A stretch of DNA of 64,000 nucleotides from Patescibacteria group bacterium (GCA_038065095.1 JBBTRR010000006.1:84713-148712), one strand, 5' to 3'. Shown: positions 29,801-38,096, numbered from the stretch's first letter. The notes: a model not told the origin generated them from the letters alone. Translations and numbers: made by a program.

Positions 29801-32800
29801 AGAACTTATACGCATAGCTTCAGCAGTGCTGGCTCCGTTTGCTCTAGTAGCAAAAGCCAAATATCCAGCATAATTGTTATCTGTACCGTTTTCTTTAGCT
29901 CCTAATATATAGGCAAAAGGAGTATCTGTTGTTCCGGTATACTTACCTCCAAAAATGATTTTACCACCACTATCAATATGCATTGATCCATCCTCCTGAA
30001 TAGATAATTGTCCAGTAAAAGGATTGTTTGAATTCCCGCTATATGAAGGACCAGTAATTTCTAATACAGTTGCTCTAACTGTAGATGGCGTGGATGTACC
30101 GACCTGTAAAAGCGTCCCCGGGTCCGTCGTCCCGATGCCGAGATTACCGTTAGAATCTATTCTCATTCTTTCAGTCCAGCTGGTCAGCCGATCGTTGGCG
30201 CTGCCAAAGGAGAGACTGCCGTCAGTGGAAGAGGCATACCAGTGTTTTAGATCAGCGGCGGCATCAGTGTCAGACAGCATTAGTTGGGCAGAGCCAGTGG
30301 AAGCAAGTTGCAATAATTTAGCGGGAGTGGTGGTGCCAAGGCCCACATTGCCCGATATTATGACATTGCCGTCAGCCACTGTGGTGGTGTCGTAAGAACT
30401 GCCCACAGCTAACCCGCCCGAGACTGAAAGTTTGGCTCCAGGTGAAATCTCGCCTATGCCGACATTGCCTTCGGTAACTGCAAGGTAGGTGTTGCCATAG
30501 ACGCTTAGGTAGCCAGATGGGTTATACATACCAATGCCAACAGAGCCTCCGTTGGTTACTACAAAGTTGTATGTGCCTACAGAGTTAACTACGCTTAATA
30601 AATCCTTTGTTGAGTTTGAATTGTCGTTAGATATGGTGAGCGTGCTTGATGGAGTTGAACTTCCCATGCCAACCCTGCCATTCCATGTAACCAAATCATT
30701 ACCCGTAGTTCCCCTAACCTCTAACGTGCTTGTTGCAATTAGTGATGATGTTGTAGTTGTACCCATTGCGTAGAAATTATCTACCGATGCATCACCATCT
30801 ACTGCGAGTTTAGTACCTGGGGTGGTTGTGCCAATGCCGAAGTTGCCGAATATCCAAGAATTGTTGGTGCTGGTTGAAGTGAAGTAGTCGGCTGATACGA
30901 AGCCGTCAAATATGCCTGCGCCTTGGACTGCGAGTCTGGCGCCTGGAGTTGTTGTTCCAAGTCCAATCGCTCCGTTAAAGAAAGAAGCCGTGGTTGATGT
31001 GCTTGTTAGGAAAGCAGTTTTGAGTTGCCCTTCTACAGTAAGCTCTCCAATGTTGGCATTGCCGTGGACAGAGAGGAGGCTTCCTGGAGTGGATGTTCCA
31101 AATCCAACTTTATCTTTGAATACTGCAAATACATTTCCACCAGTGTAAGCCGAGCTTCGGACTTCTAAGGTGGAGGTGGCGATGAGAGATGATGTAGTTG
31201 TAGTAGCTTGGATGTATTGATTACCTTTAATCGTGGAATCTCCTTCAACTGCAAATCTAGTGCCGGGAGTGGTGGTGCCAATTCCCATTGATCCCATTAT
31301 CCAACTTGTTAGAGATGATGTGGATGTGAAGTAATTAGCCGAGACGAAGCCATCAAATATGCCTGCGCCTTGGACTGCGAGTTTAGCACCGGGAGTAGTG
31401 GTTCCAAATCCAACACTTCCTGTAAAAGATGAATTAGCTAAAGATGTAAGAGTGAGTTTGCCACTTGATAAAATGTCTCCCCCCGTAATGGTGAGCCCCA
31501 TTGAACTCGCCAAACCAGCAGCTTCAATACCTCCATCAGCTGTTGTTGTGGCGTTGTTTTTAAATTTTAAAGTCCCGGTGAATATTGAATTGCCTTCCAC
31601 CACCAAATTGTTTTGTATGTTGGCGTCGCCGTGGACAGACAGAAGTGTGCCGGGAGTATCTGTGGCTATGCCAACTCTGCCATCCCACACCATAAAATCT
31701 TTGCCTGATTGTCCGCGAACTTCTAGTGTGGATGTGGCGATGAGAGATGAGGTTGTTGTAGTGGCTTGAATATATAAACCTCCTTTGAATGAACCGCTAC
31801 CCTTTGCGTCAAATGCGACTCCAGGTGTGGTTGTGCCAATGCCGAAGTTGCCGAATATCCAGCTGGAGTTTGTGGATGTGCTGGTGAAATAGTCGGCTGA
31901 TACGAATCCTTCTATAATAGAAGCACCTTTTACTGCGAGTTTAGAGCCAGGCGTAGTAGTGCCCAAACCCAAAGCCCCATTGAACCAGTTAGTGTTAGTG
32001 CTGGTTGATGTGAAGTAATCAGCGCTGACAAATCCTTCCGATAATACCCCCCCTTTGATTCCCATTTGTGCCCCCGGGGTTGTGCTTCCAATTCCCATTT
32101 GACCCATTATCCAACTTGTTAGAGATGATGTAGATGTAAAGTAATTAGCACTGACGAAACCGTCAAATATTCCTGAACCTTTAACACCTAGGGCTGATCC
32201 GGGTGTTGATGTGCCCAGACCCAGATTAAGGCCAAACGATGTGGCGCCCGAGATAGTTAAGTCTCCAGTAATGGTGGTGTTGCCTGTTATGGATGTTGTG
32301 CCTGTGATGTTAGAAGCTCCTATTACTGATAGGCCATTTGATAGGATTGATATTCCTCTGCCAAATTTAGCTTCGTATGCTGTAACTTCGAATGGGCCTT
32401 TGAATGTGCTTGATGCGTTTACTGTCATTTTGTCAGAACCTGAATCACCTAGAGAGATTTCTTTGCCTGCCACAGAGAAATTACCAGATATTCCGAGGTC
32501 ACTCATACTGGCTCCTCCTGTAACACCAAGAGAATTAAGTTGAGTGTTGCCACTTACTGTGAGGCCACCTTCTTTTATTTGTGCACGTTGGGCAGCGATA
32601 AAACCTGTAGCGTCTAAATCGCCTTTTAACGTGAGCCGGCCGATGATAGATGAATTGCCAATAACGTCTAGGCCGTTAGATATTACAGCTTTGCCGTTTA
32701 CAAAAAGATCTTTGGCCAGCGAAACATAATCGGTAAACTGGGCAGTGCCATTTATTAACGCGGTGCCATCTAGCACTAAAGATTTTAAAATTTCCGCGCC

Positions 32801-33712
32801 GCCGCCCAATGTTATTTTATTTGAAGTTACTGCACCATTGCCGGTTATCAACTGCAAATCAAAACTGCCGGCAGTTAAACCGTCCAAAAAATCAGCCGAT
32901 AAATTAGGCACAGTTGTATTAGAATCAACTTCAAATGGTGCAACACCTTGTGGTGCAAAACTTCTTAACTGTCCTTGAGTTTCTATATTGCCAGCAATAG
33001 AAATATCACCGCCTTTATTTAAAAGCAAAACTTCGTTAGCGTGTGTACCTGGTGCGTGGCCATCTAAAGTTAAAGCGTTATCAACTAAATTTTTAAAAGC
33101 GCCATAAATAGCATTCGCAAATTTTAAATTAAAACCACCCAAAATAAAACCTAAAACTAAAATACTAACAATGGACATCTCGGCCCATTGCACCGCACCT
33201 CGGCCATAAGATTTAGCTTTAGAAGTTAGAGGTTGGAAAGTAGGGACTGAGGGTTTTAAATTAGGAAAAGCAAAACTTGGAACTAATTTTTCTTCGTTTG
33301 AAATTTGAAAATTTGAACTTTGTAATTTATTTGTAATTTGTGAATTGGAATTTGTAATTTTCTGCTGATATATTTCTTCCAACTCATCCAATTCTTTTTT
33401 AACATCTACAACCAAATTTTCTTCAACCCTTTTCACCTCTTTTGTTTCACCCCTTTCTCCCATTTCTGGCATACTGGCCAATGTAACCAAAGGGGCGAAA
33501 TGGGAAACAACGGGAGAAATATTTTGTTGAGGTAAAATAATTTGCTGATGACTCTGTAAATATTCCACCAAAGCACTTTTTGAAATTGCCCAATTACGCC
33601 CAAACTTTTTTCCAGCGATTCTACTTTTTCTAACAAGCAAACTCAAATACTCCGCGCTATACGGAGTCTCTTTTGCAATTTGGCTTATTAAAATAAAATC
33701 GTTTTTTTTCAT
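26462..33712 (-). CDS. Giant repetitive surface/fibre-like protein: N-terminal HTH, TM segment, GNVGIGTTTP repeats, peptidase S74 chaperone domain, C-terminal intein N-half
   Basis: 2416-aa ORF; YSAEYLSLLVRK...KFGRNW HTH; SDVRLKKNI...GFIAQEVE S74 motif; Q|CVTGDT and TANHPYL intein blocks A/B. Confidence 0.88.
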   Translation of the reverse strand: MKKNDFILISQIAKETPYSAEYLSLLVRKSRIAGKKFGRNWAISKSALVEYLQSHQQIILPQQNISPVVSHFAPLVTLASMPEMGERGETKEVKRVEENLVVDVKKELDELEEIYQQKITNSNSQITNKLQSSNFQISNEEKLVPSFAFPNLKPSVPTFQPLTSKAKSYGRGAVQWAEMSIVSILVLGFILGGFNLKFANAIYGAFKNLVDNALTLDGHAPGTHANEVLLLNKGGDISIAGNIETQGQLRSFAPQGVAPFEVDSNTTVPNLSADFLDGLTAGSFDLQLITGNGAVTSNKITLGGGAEILKSLVLDGTALINGTAQFTDYVSLAKDLFVNGKAVISNGLDVIGNSSIIGRLTLKGDLDATGFIAAQRAQIKEGGLTVSGNTQLNSLGVTGGASMSDLGISGNFSVAGKEISLGDSGSDKMTVNASSTFKGPFEVTAYEAKFGRGISILSNGLSVIGASNITGTTSITGNTTITGDLTISGATSFGLNLGLGTSTPGSALGVKGSGIFDGFVSANYFTSTSSLTSWIMGQMGIGSTTPGAQMGIKGGVLSEGFVSADYFTSTSTNTNWFNGALGLGTTTPGSKLAVKGASIIEGFVSADYFTSTSTNSSWIFGNFGIGTTTPGVAFDAKGSGSFKGGLYIQATTTTSSLIATSTLEVRGQSGKDFMVWDGRVGIATDTPGTLLSVHGDANIQNNLVVEGNSIFTGTLKFKNNATTTADGGIEAAGLASSMGLTITGGDILSSGKLTLTSLANSSFTGSVGFGTTTPGAKLAVQGAGIFDGFVSANYFTSTSSLTSWIMGSMGIGTTTPGTRFAVEGDSTIKGNQYIQATTTTSSLIATSTLEVRSSAYTGGNVFAVFKDKVGFGTSTPGSLLSVHGNANIGELTVEGQLKTAFLTSTSTTASFFNGAIGLGTTTPGARLAVQGAGIFDGFVSADYFTSTSTNNSWIFGNFGIGTTTPGTKLAVDGDASVDNFYAMGTTTTSSLIATSTLEVRGTTGNDLVTWNGRVGMGSSTPSSTLTISNDNSNSTKDLLSVVNSVGTYNFVVTNGGSVGIGMYNPSGYLSVYGNTYLAVTEGNVGIGEISPGAKLSVSGGLAVGSSYDTTTVADGNVIISGNVGLGTTTPAKLLQLASTGSAQLMLSDTDAAADLKHWYASSTDGSLSFGSANDRLTSWTERMRIDSNGNLGIGTTDPGTLLQVGTSTPSTVRATVLEITGPSYSGNSNNPFTGQLSIQEDGSMHIDSGGKIIFGGKYTGTTDTPFAYILGAKENGTDNNYAGYLAFATRANGASTAEAMRISSGGNVGIGTTAPADTLEVATGTNTKGLTISGLSTGISPTFRMKSSDTTAAVRNYGFAMSYQQYGDFIIYQSTTKGGDPIGGNARLTFDPNGNVGIGTTTPGNLLDVNGSGNFDSLYTQATSTSSSLIATSTLEVRSSAYTGGNVLAVFKEKVGFGTSTPGSLLSVQGNANIGELTVEGQTKISFLTATSTTNNTFAGALDVTESATSTFTGGINILTTGGLSSATGLTITGGDILSSGKLTLTGASTSTAPQLNVSTILTTPTLEVSTILKNSGTATSTFAGGGIFATGGLSANALNVTGDSLFSGKLTSASSATSTLPNLNASTIFSTPILNVSTIIKNSGTATSTFDGGLSLGTGGLNITSGGLYVDVGDATFDQKLVVNGNVGIGTTTPGNLLDVNGSGNFDSLYTQATSTSSSLIATSTLEVRSSAYTGGNVLAVFKEKVGFGTSTPGSLLSVQGNANIGELTVEGQTKISFLTATSTTNNTFAGALDVTESATSTFTGGINILTTGGLSSATGLTITGGDILSSGKLTLTGASTSTAPQLNVSTILTTPTLEVSTILKNSGTATSTFAGGGIFATGGLSANALNVTGDSLFSGKLTSASSATSTLPNLNASTIFSTPILNVSTIIKNSGTATSTFDGGLSLGTGGLNITSGGLYVDVGDATFDQKLVVNGNVGIGTTTPGNLLAVDGNVTMDGLYAMGTTTTSSLIATSTLEVRGASGSTLWVEDGSVGIGTTGPGNQLHIYGATDAQGITIERSGLGASILQLKGSRNNADEDLGTIRFYNGANLIAKIEANQPSVADADSGVFRFLTYKDGVQNAAMRIDQNGNVGIGTTNPGAPLEVKGTGTGVTIAKFTDVNTTGCTLATGGTIACSSDVRLKKNIEDINYGLATVMDLRPVLYNWNYENDGTTKSLGFIAQEVEALIPKLIATDADGMKSLNTTGLVPILVKGIQNINNVLNVTNAPAAAPSMVVDATGNITLGNASLGGNVNIVAQCVTGDTRLRRRRKHPKEKGQTLKPKFPRSDLEGEFEYDEVAIKDILAGDEVMSLDEKTGCVKYARVNGLMDMGVQEVFELVTKSGRKIRTTANHPYLVKLVFLSRGDFAEIVSDNS
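27744..29500. repeat. Exact 876-bp (292-aa) tandem duplication inside the giant gene
   Basis: Identical shadow ORFs at offset 876 (27843/28719, 28188/29064, 28405/29281); sequences match by eye. Confidence 0.92.
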
Positions 33713-33907
33713 GAAAAAACCCTGCTTCCGCTTTCGCAGAAACAGGGTGCTTAGTTAAAGGCATATCCGATACCTCTATCGGATATATCCAGTATATCAT
33801 ATATATCGTATATCAATAGGCTAAATGGGGATAAGTTACACCTCAAAACCTTAAGCTTTAAATCCTCTTTCAAGCCCATTTGTTACCCTTTTTATTTCAA
33901 ATTCCAA

Positions 33908-33945
33908 AAGGTCAGACCTTGGGGCTGCTCTTAAGGTCAGACCTT
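33908..33945. repeat. Paired AAGGTCAGACCTT palindromes
   Basis: Two perfect copies upstream of the giant gene; another pair lies in-frame in the intein at 26720-26760. Confidence 0.8.
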
Positions 33946-34087
33946 AAGATTTAAAATTTTACATTTTAATTTTTTAATTTTTATTTTAATCCCCTGTGGT
34001 GGATAACCTCTATTGTTGCTTCTAAGTTTAAATACTAAACTATAGATACATTGATATAAAAAGTTTAGTAAACATTAATATACATAT

Positions 34088-34312
34088 ATGTCTTTTGGTA
34101 GAAAATATCTAAGCATTAAACAAGCCGCCGCGGTTATTGGCGTAACCCCGCTAACTTTGCGCAACTGGGACAGGGACGGCAAACTTAGCCCATATCGCAA
34201 TCCTATAAACAATTACCGCTATTATCGTGTAGATCAAATAGAAGCATTCTTGCGAGCTATGGAAGGCTCTAGAGAAAAAGGAAATAGAAAAATAAGGTTT
34301 ATGGACATCTAA
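34088..34312 (+). CDS. MerR-family/excisionase-like HTH protein
   Basis: LSIKQAAAVIGVTPLTLRNWDRDGKL.P.R.P.NNYRYY. Confidence 0.85.
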   Translation: MSFGRKYLSIKQAAAVIGVTPLTLRNWDRDGKLSPYRNPINNYRYYRVDQIEAFLRAMEGSREKGNRKIRFMDI

Positions 34313-34401
34313 CAAAATTCCCCTCTCTCACACAACGGAGGGGAATTTTAATTTACAAAACACAACTTACAAATTACAAACAATTTATAAACAAACAAAA
34401 A

Positions 34402-34749
34402 CTAACTAACTTTATTTAATATCGCAGAAAATATATTTCTTAACTCTATACTCTCTTGAAATAAATTTTGAATTGCTTCTGAATAATCTTTGTTTGATTC
34501 CTCTAGTAACTCTAACCAGTATGATGTTTCTTTAGATTCTTTTCTAGCAATTTTTATTTTATATGCTAAATCTTTTTTACTTAGCTTTTCATTAGCTTCC
34601 CTATAGTTAGCTCCTACTGAACCTGCAGAACGAACACATTGTCTAACGAGTTCATTGTTTATAGAATTTTTTGGTAATTTTTGACAAAGCTTAATTACTT
34701 CTCTTGTGAATTCTAAAGTTCTTTGTTCTAAATCGCGAAATTTTTTCAT
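34402..34749 (-). CDS. Four-helix bundle protein (23S rRNA IVP family)
   Basis: MKKFRDLEQRT...RQCVRSAGSVGANYREA...IARKESKETSYWL; start trimmed to exclude the tRNA and repeat. Confidence 0.88.
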   Translation of the reverse strand: MKKFRDLEQRTLEFTREVIKLCQKLPKNSINNELVRQCVRSAGSVGANYREANEKLSKKDLAYKIKIARKESKETSYWLELLEESNKDYSEAIQNLFQESIELRNIFSAILNKVS

Positions 34750-34800
34750 AACCCTTTTTGTGTTTTGTTTGTAATTTGTTTTTTGTGCTTTGAATATTTG

Positions 34801-34982
34801 TGGACGGTACAGGATTTGAACCTGTGACCTTTGCAACTTGCCCCGTTAGATATTTTTGTGCGCGATGCAGGATTTGAACCTGCGACCTTTGCAATGTGAA
34901 TGCACTGCTCTACCACTGAGCTAATCGCGCATGATATCTAACGGGGTGAAAATGCAGCGTTCTACCATTGAACTAATCGCCC
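34801..34982 (-). pseudogene. tRNA-like gene (Val-like body) interrupted in its anticodon loop
   Basis: 5' half GGGCGATTAGTTCAATGGTAGAACGCTGCA (within 34947-34982) and 3' half TGCAAAGGTCACAGGTTCAAATCCTGTACCGTCCA (within 34801-34840). Confidence 0.75.
34859..34930 (-). tRNA. tRNA-Val(CAC), nested
   Basis: GCGCGATTAGCTCAGTGGTAGAGCAGTGCA-TTCACAT-TGCAAAGGTCGCAGGTTCAAATCCTGCATCGCGCA. Confidence 0.9.
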
Positions 34983-34999
34983 TCCTATTTTTCTGCCTT

Positions 35000-35485
35000 C
35001 TAAATTCTAGCCACTAACTTACCTATTTTATCTATAACTTTTCTATGAGGATATTCTAATATATCGTGAACAAATCTGTCGAACATTCCATAACGATATT
35101 TAAATTCATCTGTACCTAAAATTACATATCGCAATTCTGTGCCAAGTTCTTCTTCTACTGTTTTTATAAAACTAATAAATTTTTTAAAATCTATATCGTC
35201 CCCTACCACCATAATATCTGCTCGCGCATCGGATATATTTAAAAATGTGCCGGTGATTATAGCTAATTTTATTTTACCAATTCTAACAAGCCCGCGCTCT
35301 ATTTTGGGAAAAGATGGCGGAGATATTTTTAAAACTAAATTTTTAAGATCGTCTAAATATGGCCAGCCTTGATTAAGCTGATAATATTTTTCTGCATGAT
35401 TAATATTCCTCTTTAGAGTTTTGGATTTATTTTTCTTCTTTGCAGAAATTTTCTTACTTGCTTTTCTTATGTGTTTTTTTACCAT
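35000..35485 (-). CDS. Nucleotidyltransferase-like C-terminal portion of a putative HTH regulator
   Basis: KLAIITGTF...RADIMVVGD...ELRYVIL..EFKYR. Confidence 0.55.
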   Translation of the reverse strand: MVKKHIRKASKKISAKKKNKSKTLKRNINHAEKYYQLNQGWPYLDDLKNLVLKISPPSFPKIERGLVRIGKIKLAIITGTFLNISDARADIMVVGDDIDFKKFISFIKTVEEELGTELRYVILGTDEFKYRYGMFDRFVHDILEYPHRKVIDKIGKLVARI

Positions 35486-35723
35486 TGCCGTTTATTTTTT
35501 TTAATATGCCCGATTTAGTAAAAAACAAAATAAGTTTTTCTGCTTCTCTTTTTTTGATGCCTGTTCTTTTCACAATATCTTTCATTGAAAGAATAAGCTG
35601 CGGATGCTGTAAAAAAAGCTTTAAAAGCTTAGCCTTTACACCAAATAACTGCTCTAGAATGTTATTACTATTTAATGCCATTTTGATTTTTAATTGTGTA
35701 TAGTATAGCAACATAGGTGGCAT
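35454..35723 (-). CDS. wHTH N-terminal portion, probably frameshifted partner of 35000-35485
   Basis: LEQLFGVKAKLLKLFL; overlaps the downstream ORF across an A7 run. Confidence 0.55.
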   Translation of the reverse strand: MPPMLLYYTQLKIKMALNSNNILEQLFGVKAKLLKLFLQHPQLILSMKDIVKRTGIKKREAEKLILFFTKSGILKKINGNGKKTHKKSK

Positions 35724-35759
35724 TGTAAAGTTAAGTAAAATACGCCTATAATACTTTAT

Positions 35760-37616
35760 ATGCAGGGTTCTAATTTCTACCCCGAAGAACTAACTATCCT
35801 AGATAAAACAAATCTTGGCTCAAGTTATGCCGAGACTTTTGTTTTTGTGCCTTCTAATAAAGACGAATCTCAACTAGGCAGTCTTTTTATAGTAGCTGAA
35901 GCTTCTTCTAATAAACCAAAAAAAGAAAATGCCGAACTTATAAGCGAGATGACTACCGTAATAAAAAATGAGTATTATCAAAATACTTTAGTTACACCAA
36001 TGTCAGCCTTAAAATTTTCTTTAAAAAGAGTTAATAGTCTTTTAACTAGTAAAAAAAATTGGGTAAACACAGCTTCCGCTTTAAAACTCAAAATACTTAT
36101 AGTCTCGCTTAAAGAAAATAAATTGCATATTGCCCGACTAGGTGATGCTACTGCTTTTGTTTTAAGAAATGGCAACCTTCAATCTATAGTTGCTGGTTCT
36201 AATAATCAAAATTCCAGTAATTTTTCTTTTGAAAATATTATAAGCGGAGAACTTCTACCAAACGATCACGTATTATTAGCCACCAACCAAATTTATAAAA
36301 TTGATGAAAAAGAAATAGCTAAAAAGTTACAAGAAAAGATAATAGCAAGTTATCTTTCTAAAAATAACGGTGGTATAAAAAGTTTGGCACTGATAAGCCT
36401 GCATCCCGTTAAAGACGGCAAACCGTCTTTAACGCAAACCCCTTCTTTGCCCTCACTCATATCCATAAATAATACAGAAGCCAACATACCCGATAACAAT
36501 GCACCAGAAAGAAATGTATCTAAAATATTTAAACTTGGTATTGTAATAACTATTTTAATTGTAGCAATTTCTTCTATAACCATCGTATCTATTAAAATAA
36601 AAAACGAAACATCACAAAACAAAAAGGAAGCCGAGCAATTATTACAAGAAGTATCCGATATAAAGACCAAAATAAACGACCTACTGGCTACCAATAACGA
36701 AACCGAAGCTAACGAACTTTTAGTTTCTGCTCAAGCCAAACTAAACCGCTTAGCCCAGCTCGATTATTTTAAAACAACCCGCTCTACTTTGGCTGTGGAC
36801 ATAAATAAAATTTATAAAGAATTAAGCAAAGAAGAAAACATAAACAAAATAAATAAAGTTTTTGATTTAGAAAATAATTCTGTAAGTTTTGAACCGACCA
36901 AAATTGCTTTGGGTAAAAATAAAATATTTGTACTAAGTGGTGAAAACTTTTATAAATTTGATTTTAATAAAGCCGAAGGTGTTTTTGATTCTATAGAAAA
37001 AGGCAGCCAGCTAGTTGCATCCTTATTAAAACCAGAAGATCCTAATTCACAACTTCTTATAACCCAAGATAAGATAATGGAAGAAAAAGGAGATTCCGAA
37101 AATAAAACTTATTGGATACGACCCGAAAATTTTCCCGCCATAAAAGATGTAGCGATTTATAGTAATTCTTTCTATCTCTTGAGTGAAGATGGCTTAATTT
37201 ATAAACTGCCATTTACTGTATCATCAACCACGGATATTATCTTTAATGAAACTGAGTTATGGACTAAAAAAAACCTAACCCCTAGTGGTGAGTCACTAAT
37301 CACTAATCTCGCCGTTGAAGGTTCAGTTTTTGGATTATCCAATAAAAATACTTTAGTAGAACTTATAAATGGCGATATTAAAAATAAAAAGGTTTTCTTG
37401 GAAAACATAAGCCAAATTTTTACTTCGCCTTCGCATAAAAATATATATCTTTTAAGCCAAGACGATGGCTTAATAATAGTTTTAGATAAAGACTTAAACA
37501 TTAAAAAAAGACTTAACCACAACGAACTTGTCAGGGCTAAGTCTTTTATTGTTAATTCTCAAGAAAGAATTATATATTTTCTAAAAGGTAAAACAGTCTA
37601 CAGCTTTGAAATCTAG
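35760..37616 (+). CDS. Membrane protein with a PP2C-like N-terminal domain and a beta-rich extracellular domain
   Basis: LHIARLGD.TAFVLRNG and GELLPNDHVLLAT PP2C-like motifs; central TM. Confidence 0.6.
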   Translation: MQGSNFYPEELTILDKTNLGSSYAETFVFVPSNKDESQLGSLFIVAEASSNKPKKENAELISEMTTVIKNEYYQNTLVTPMSALKFSLKRVNSLLTSKKNWVNTASALKLKILIVSLKENKLHIARLGDATAFVLRNGNLQSIVAGSNNQNSSNFSFENIISGELLPNDHVLLATNQIYKIDEKEIAKKLQEKIIASYLSKNNGGIKSLALISLHPVKDGKPSLTQTPSLPSLISINNTEANIPDNNAPERNVSKIFKLGIVITILIVAISSITIVSIKIKNETSQNKKEAEQLLQEVSDIKTKINDLLATNNETEANELLVSAQAKLNRLAQLDYFKTTRSTLAVDINKIYKELSKEENINKINKVFDLENNSVSFEPTKIALGKNKIFVLSGENFYKFDFNKAEGVFDSIEKGSQLVASLLKPEDPNSQLLITQDKIMEEKGDSENKTYWIRPENFPAIKDVAIYSNSFYLLSEDGLIYKLPFTVSSTTDIIFNETELWTKKNLTPSGESLITNLAVEGSVFGLSNKNTLVELINGDIKNKKVFLENISQIFTSPSHKNIYLLSQDDGLIIVLDKDLNIKKRLNHNELVRAKSFIVNSQERIIYFLKGKTVYSFEI

Positions 37617-37691
37617 CTTTCAGCTTCATTAGCTTCTTTAGTTTTTAGGAATTTCCTAAACCAGCTAAAGAAGCTAACAAGCTAACGAAGC

Positions 37692-38096
37692 TTATTTGAT
37701 TTCTGCCTTTGCACCTGCTTCTTCTAATTTCTTCTTCATTTCTTCGGCTTCGGCTTCGGCCACGCCTGTTTTTATAACCTTAGGCGCACCATCAACTAAA
37801 TCTTTGGCTTCTTTAAGACCAAGGCTAGTAAGTTCTCGCACAACTTTAATAACCGCAATTTTTTGCACACCAGCTTCTTTTAATTCAACATCAAAAGTTG
37901 ACTTTTCCTCCGCCGCGTTTGACGCGGTTCCACTATTACCACCACTCATTGCAACTGGAGCGGCAGCCGACACGCCAAACTTAACTTCTAAAACTTTAAC
38001 CAACTCGGCTAATTCCATTACATTCATTTTTTCTACAGTTTCTACCAAATTTTTAAACTTGGCAGGAATTTCTACATTGTTTTTTATTTCTTCCAT
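37692..38096 (-). CDS. rplL: 50S ribosomal protein L7/L12
   Basis: [28 protein letters not shown]. Confidence 0.97.
   Translation of the reverse strand: MEEIKNNVEIPAKFKNLVETVEKMNVMELAELVKVLEVKFGVSAAAPVAMSGGNSGTASNAAEEKSTFDVELKEAGVQKIAVIKVVRELTSLGLKEAKDLVDGAPKVIKTGVAEAEAEEMKKKLEEAGAKAEIK

Noticed and set aside
27141-32978. Many plus-strand ORFs inside the giant gene
   Set aside because: Antisense shadows of Gly/Thr/Ser-rich repeats with no recognisable motifs.
21159-34749. Diversity-generating retroelement suggested by Avd-like four-helix-bundle genes
   Set aside because: No reverse transcriptase and no TR/VR pair with adenine-specific mismatches is visible in the window.
34691-34894. Two ORF starts reading MQRSQVQIL
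   Set aside because: They are translations of the duplicated tRNA 3' halves, not protein sequence.
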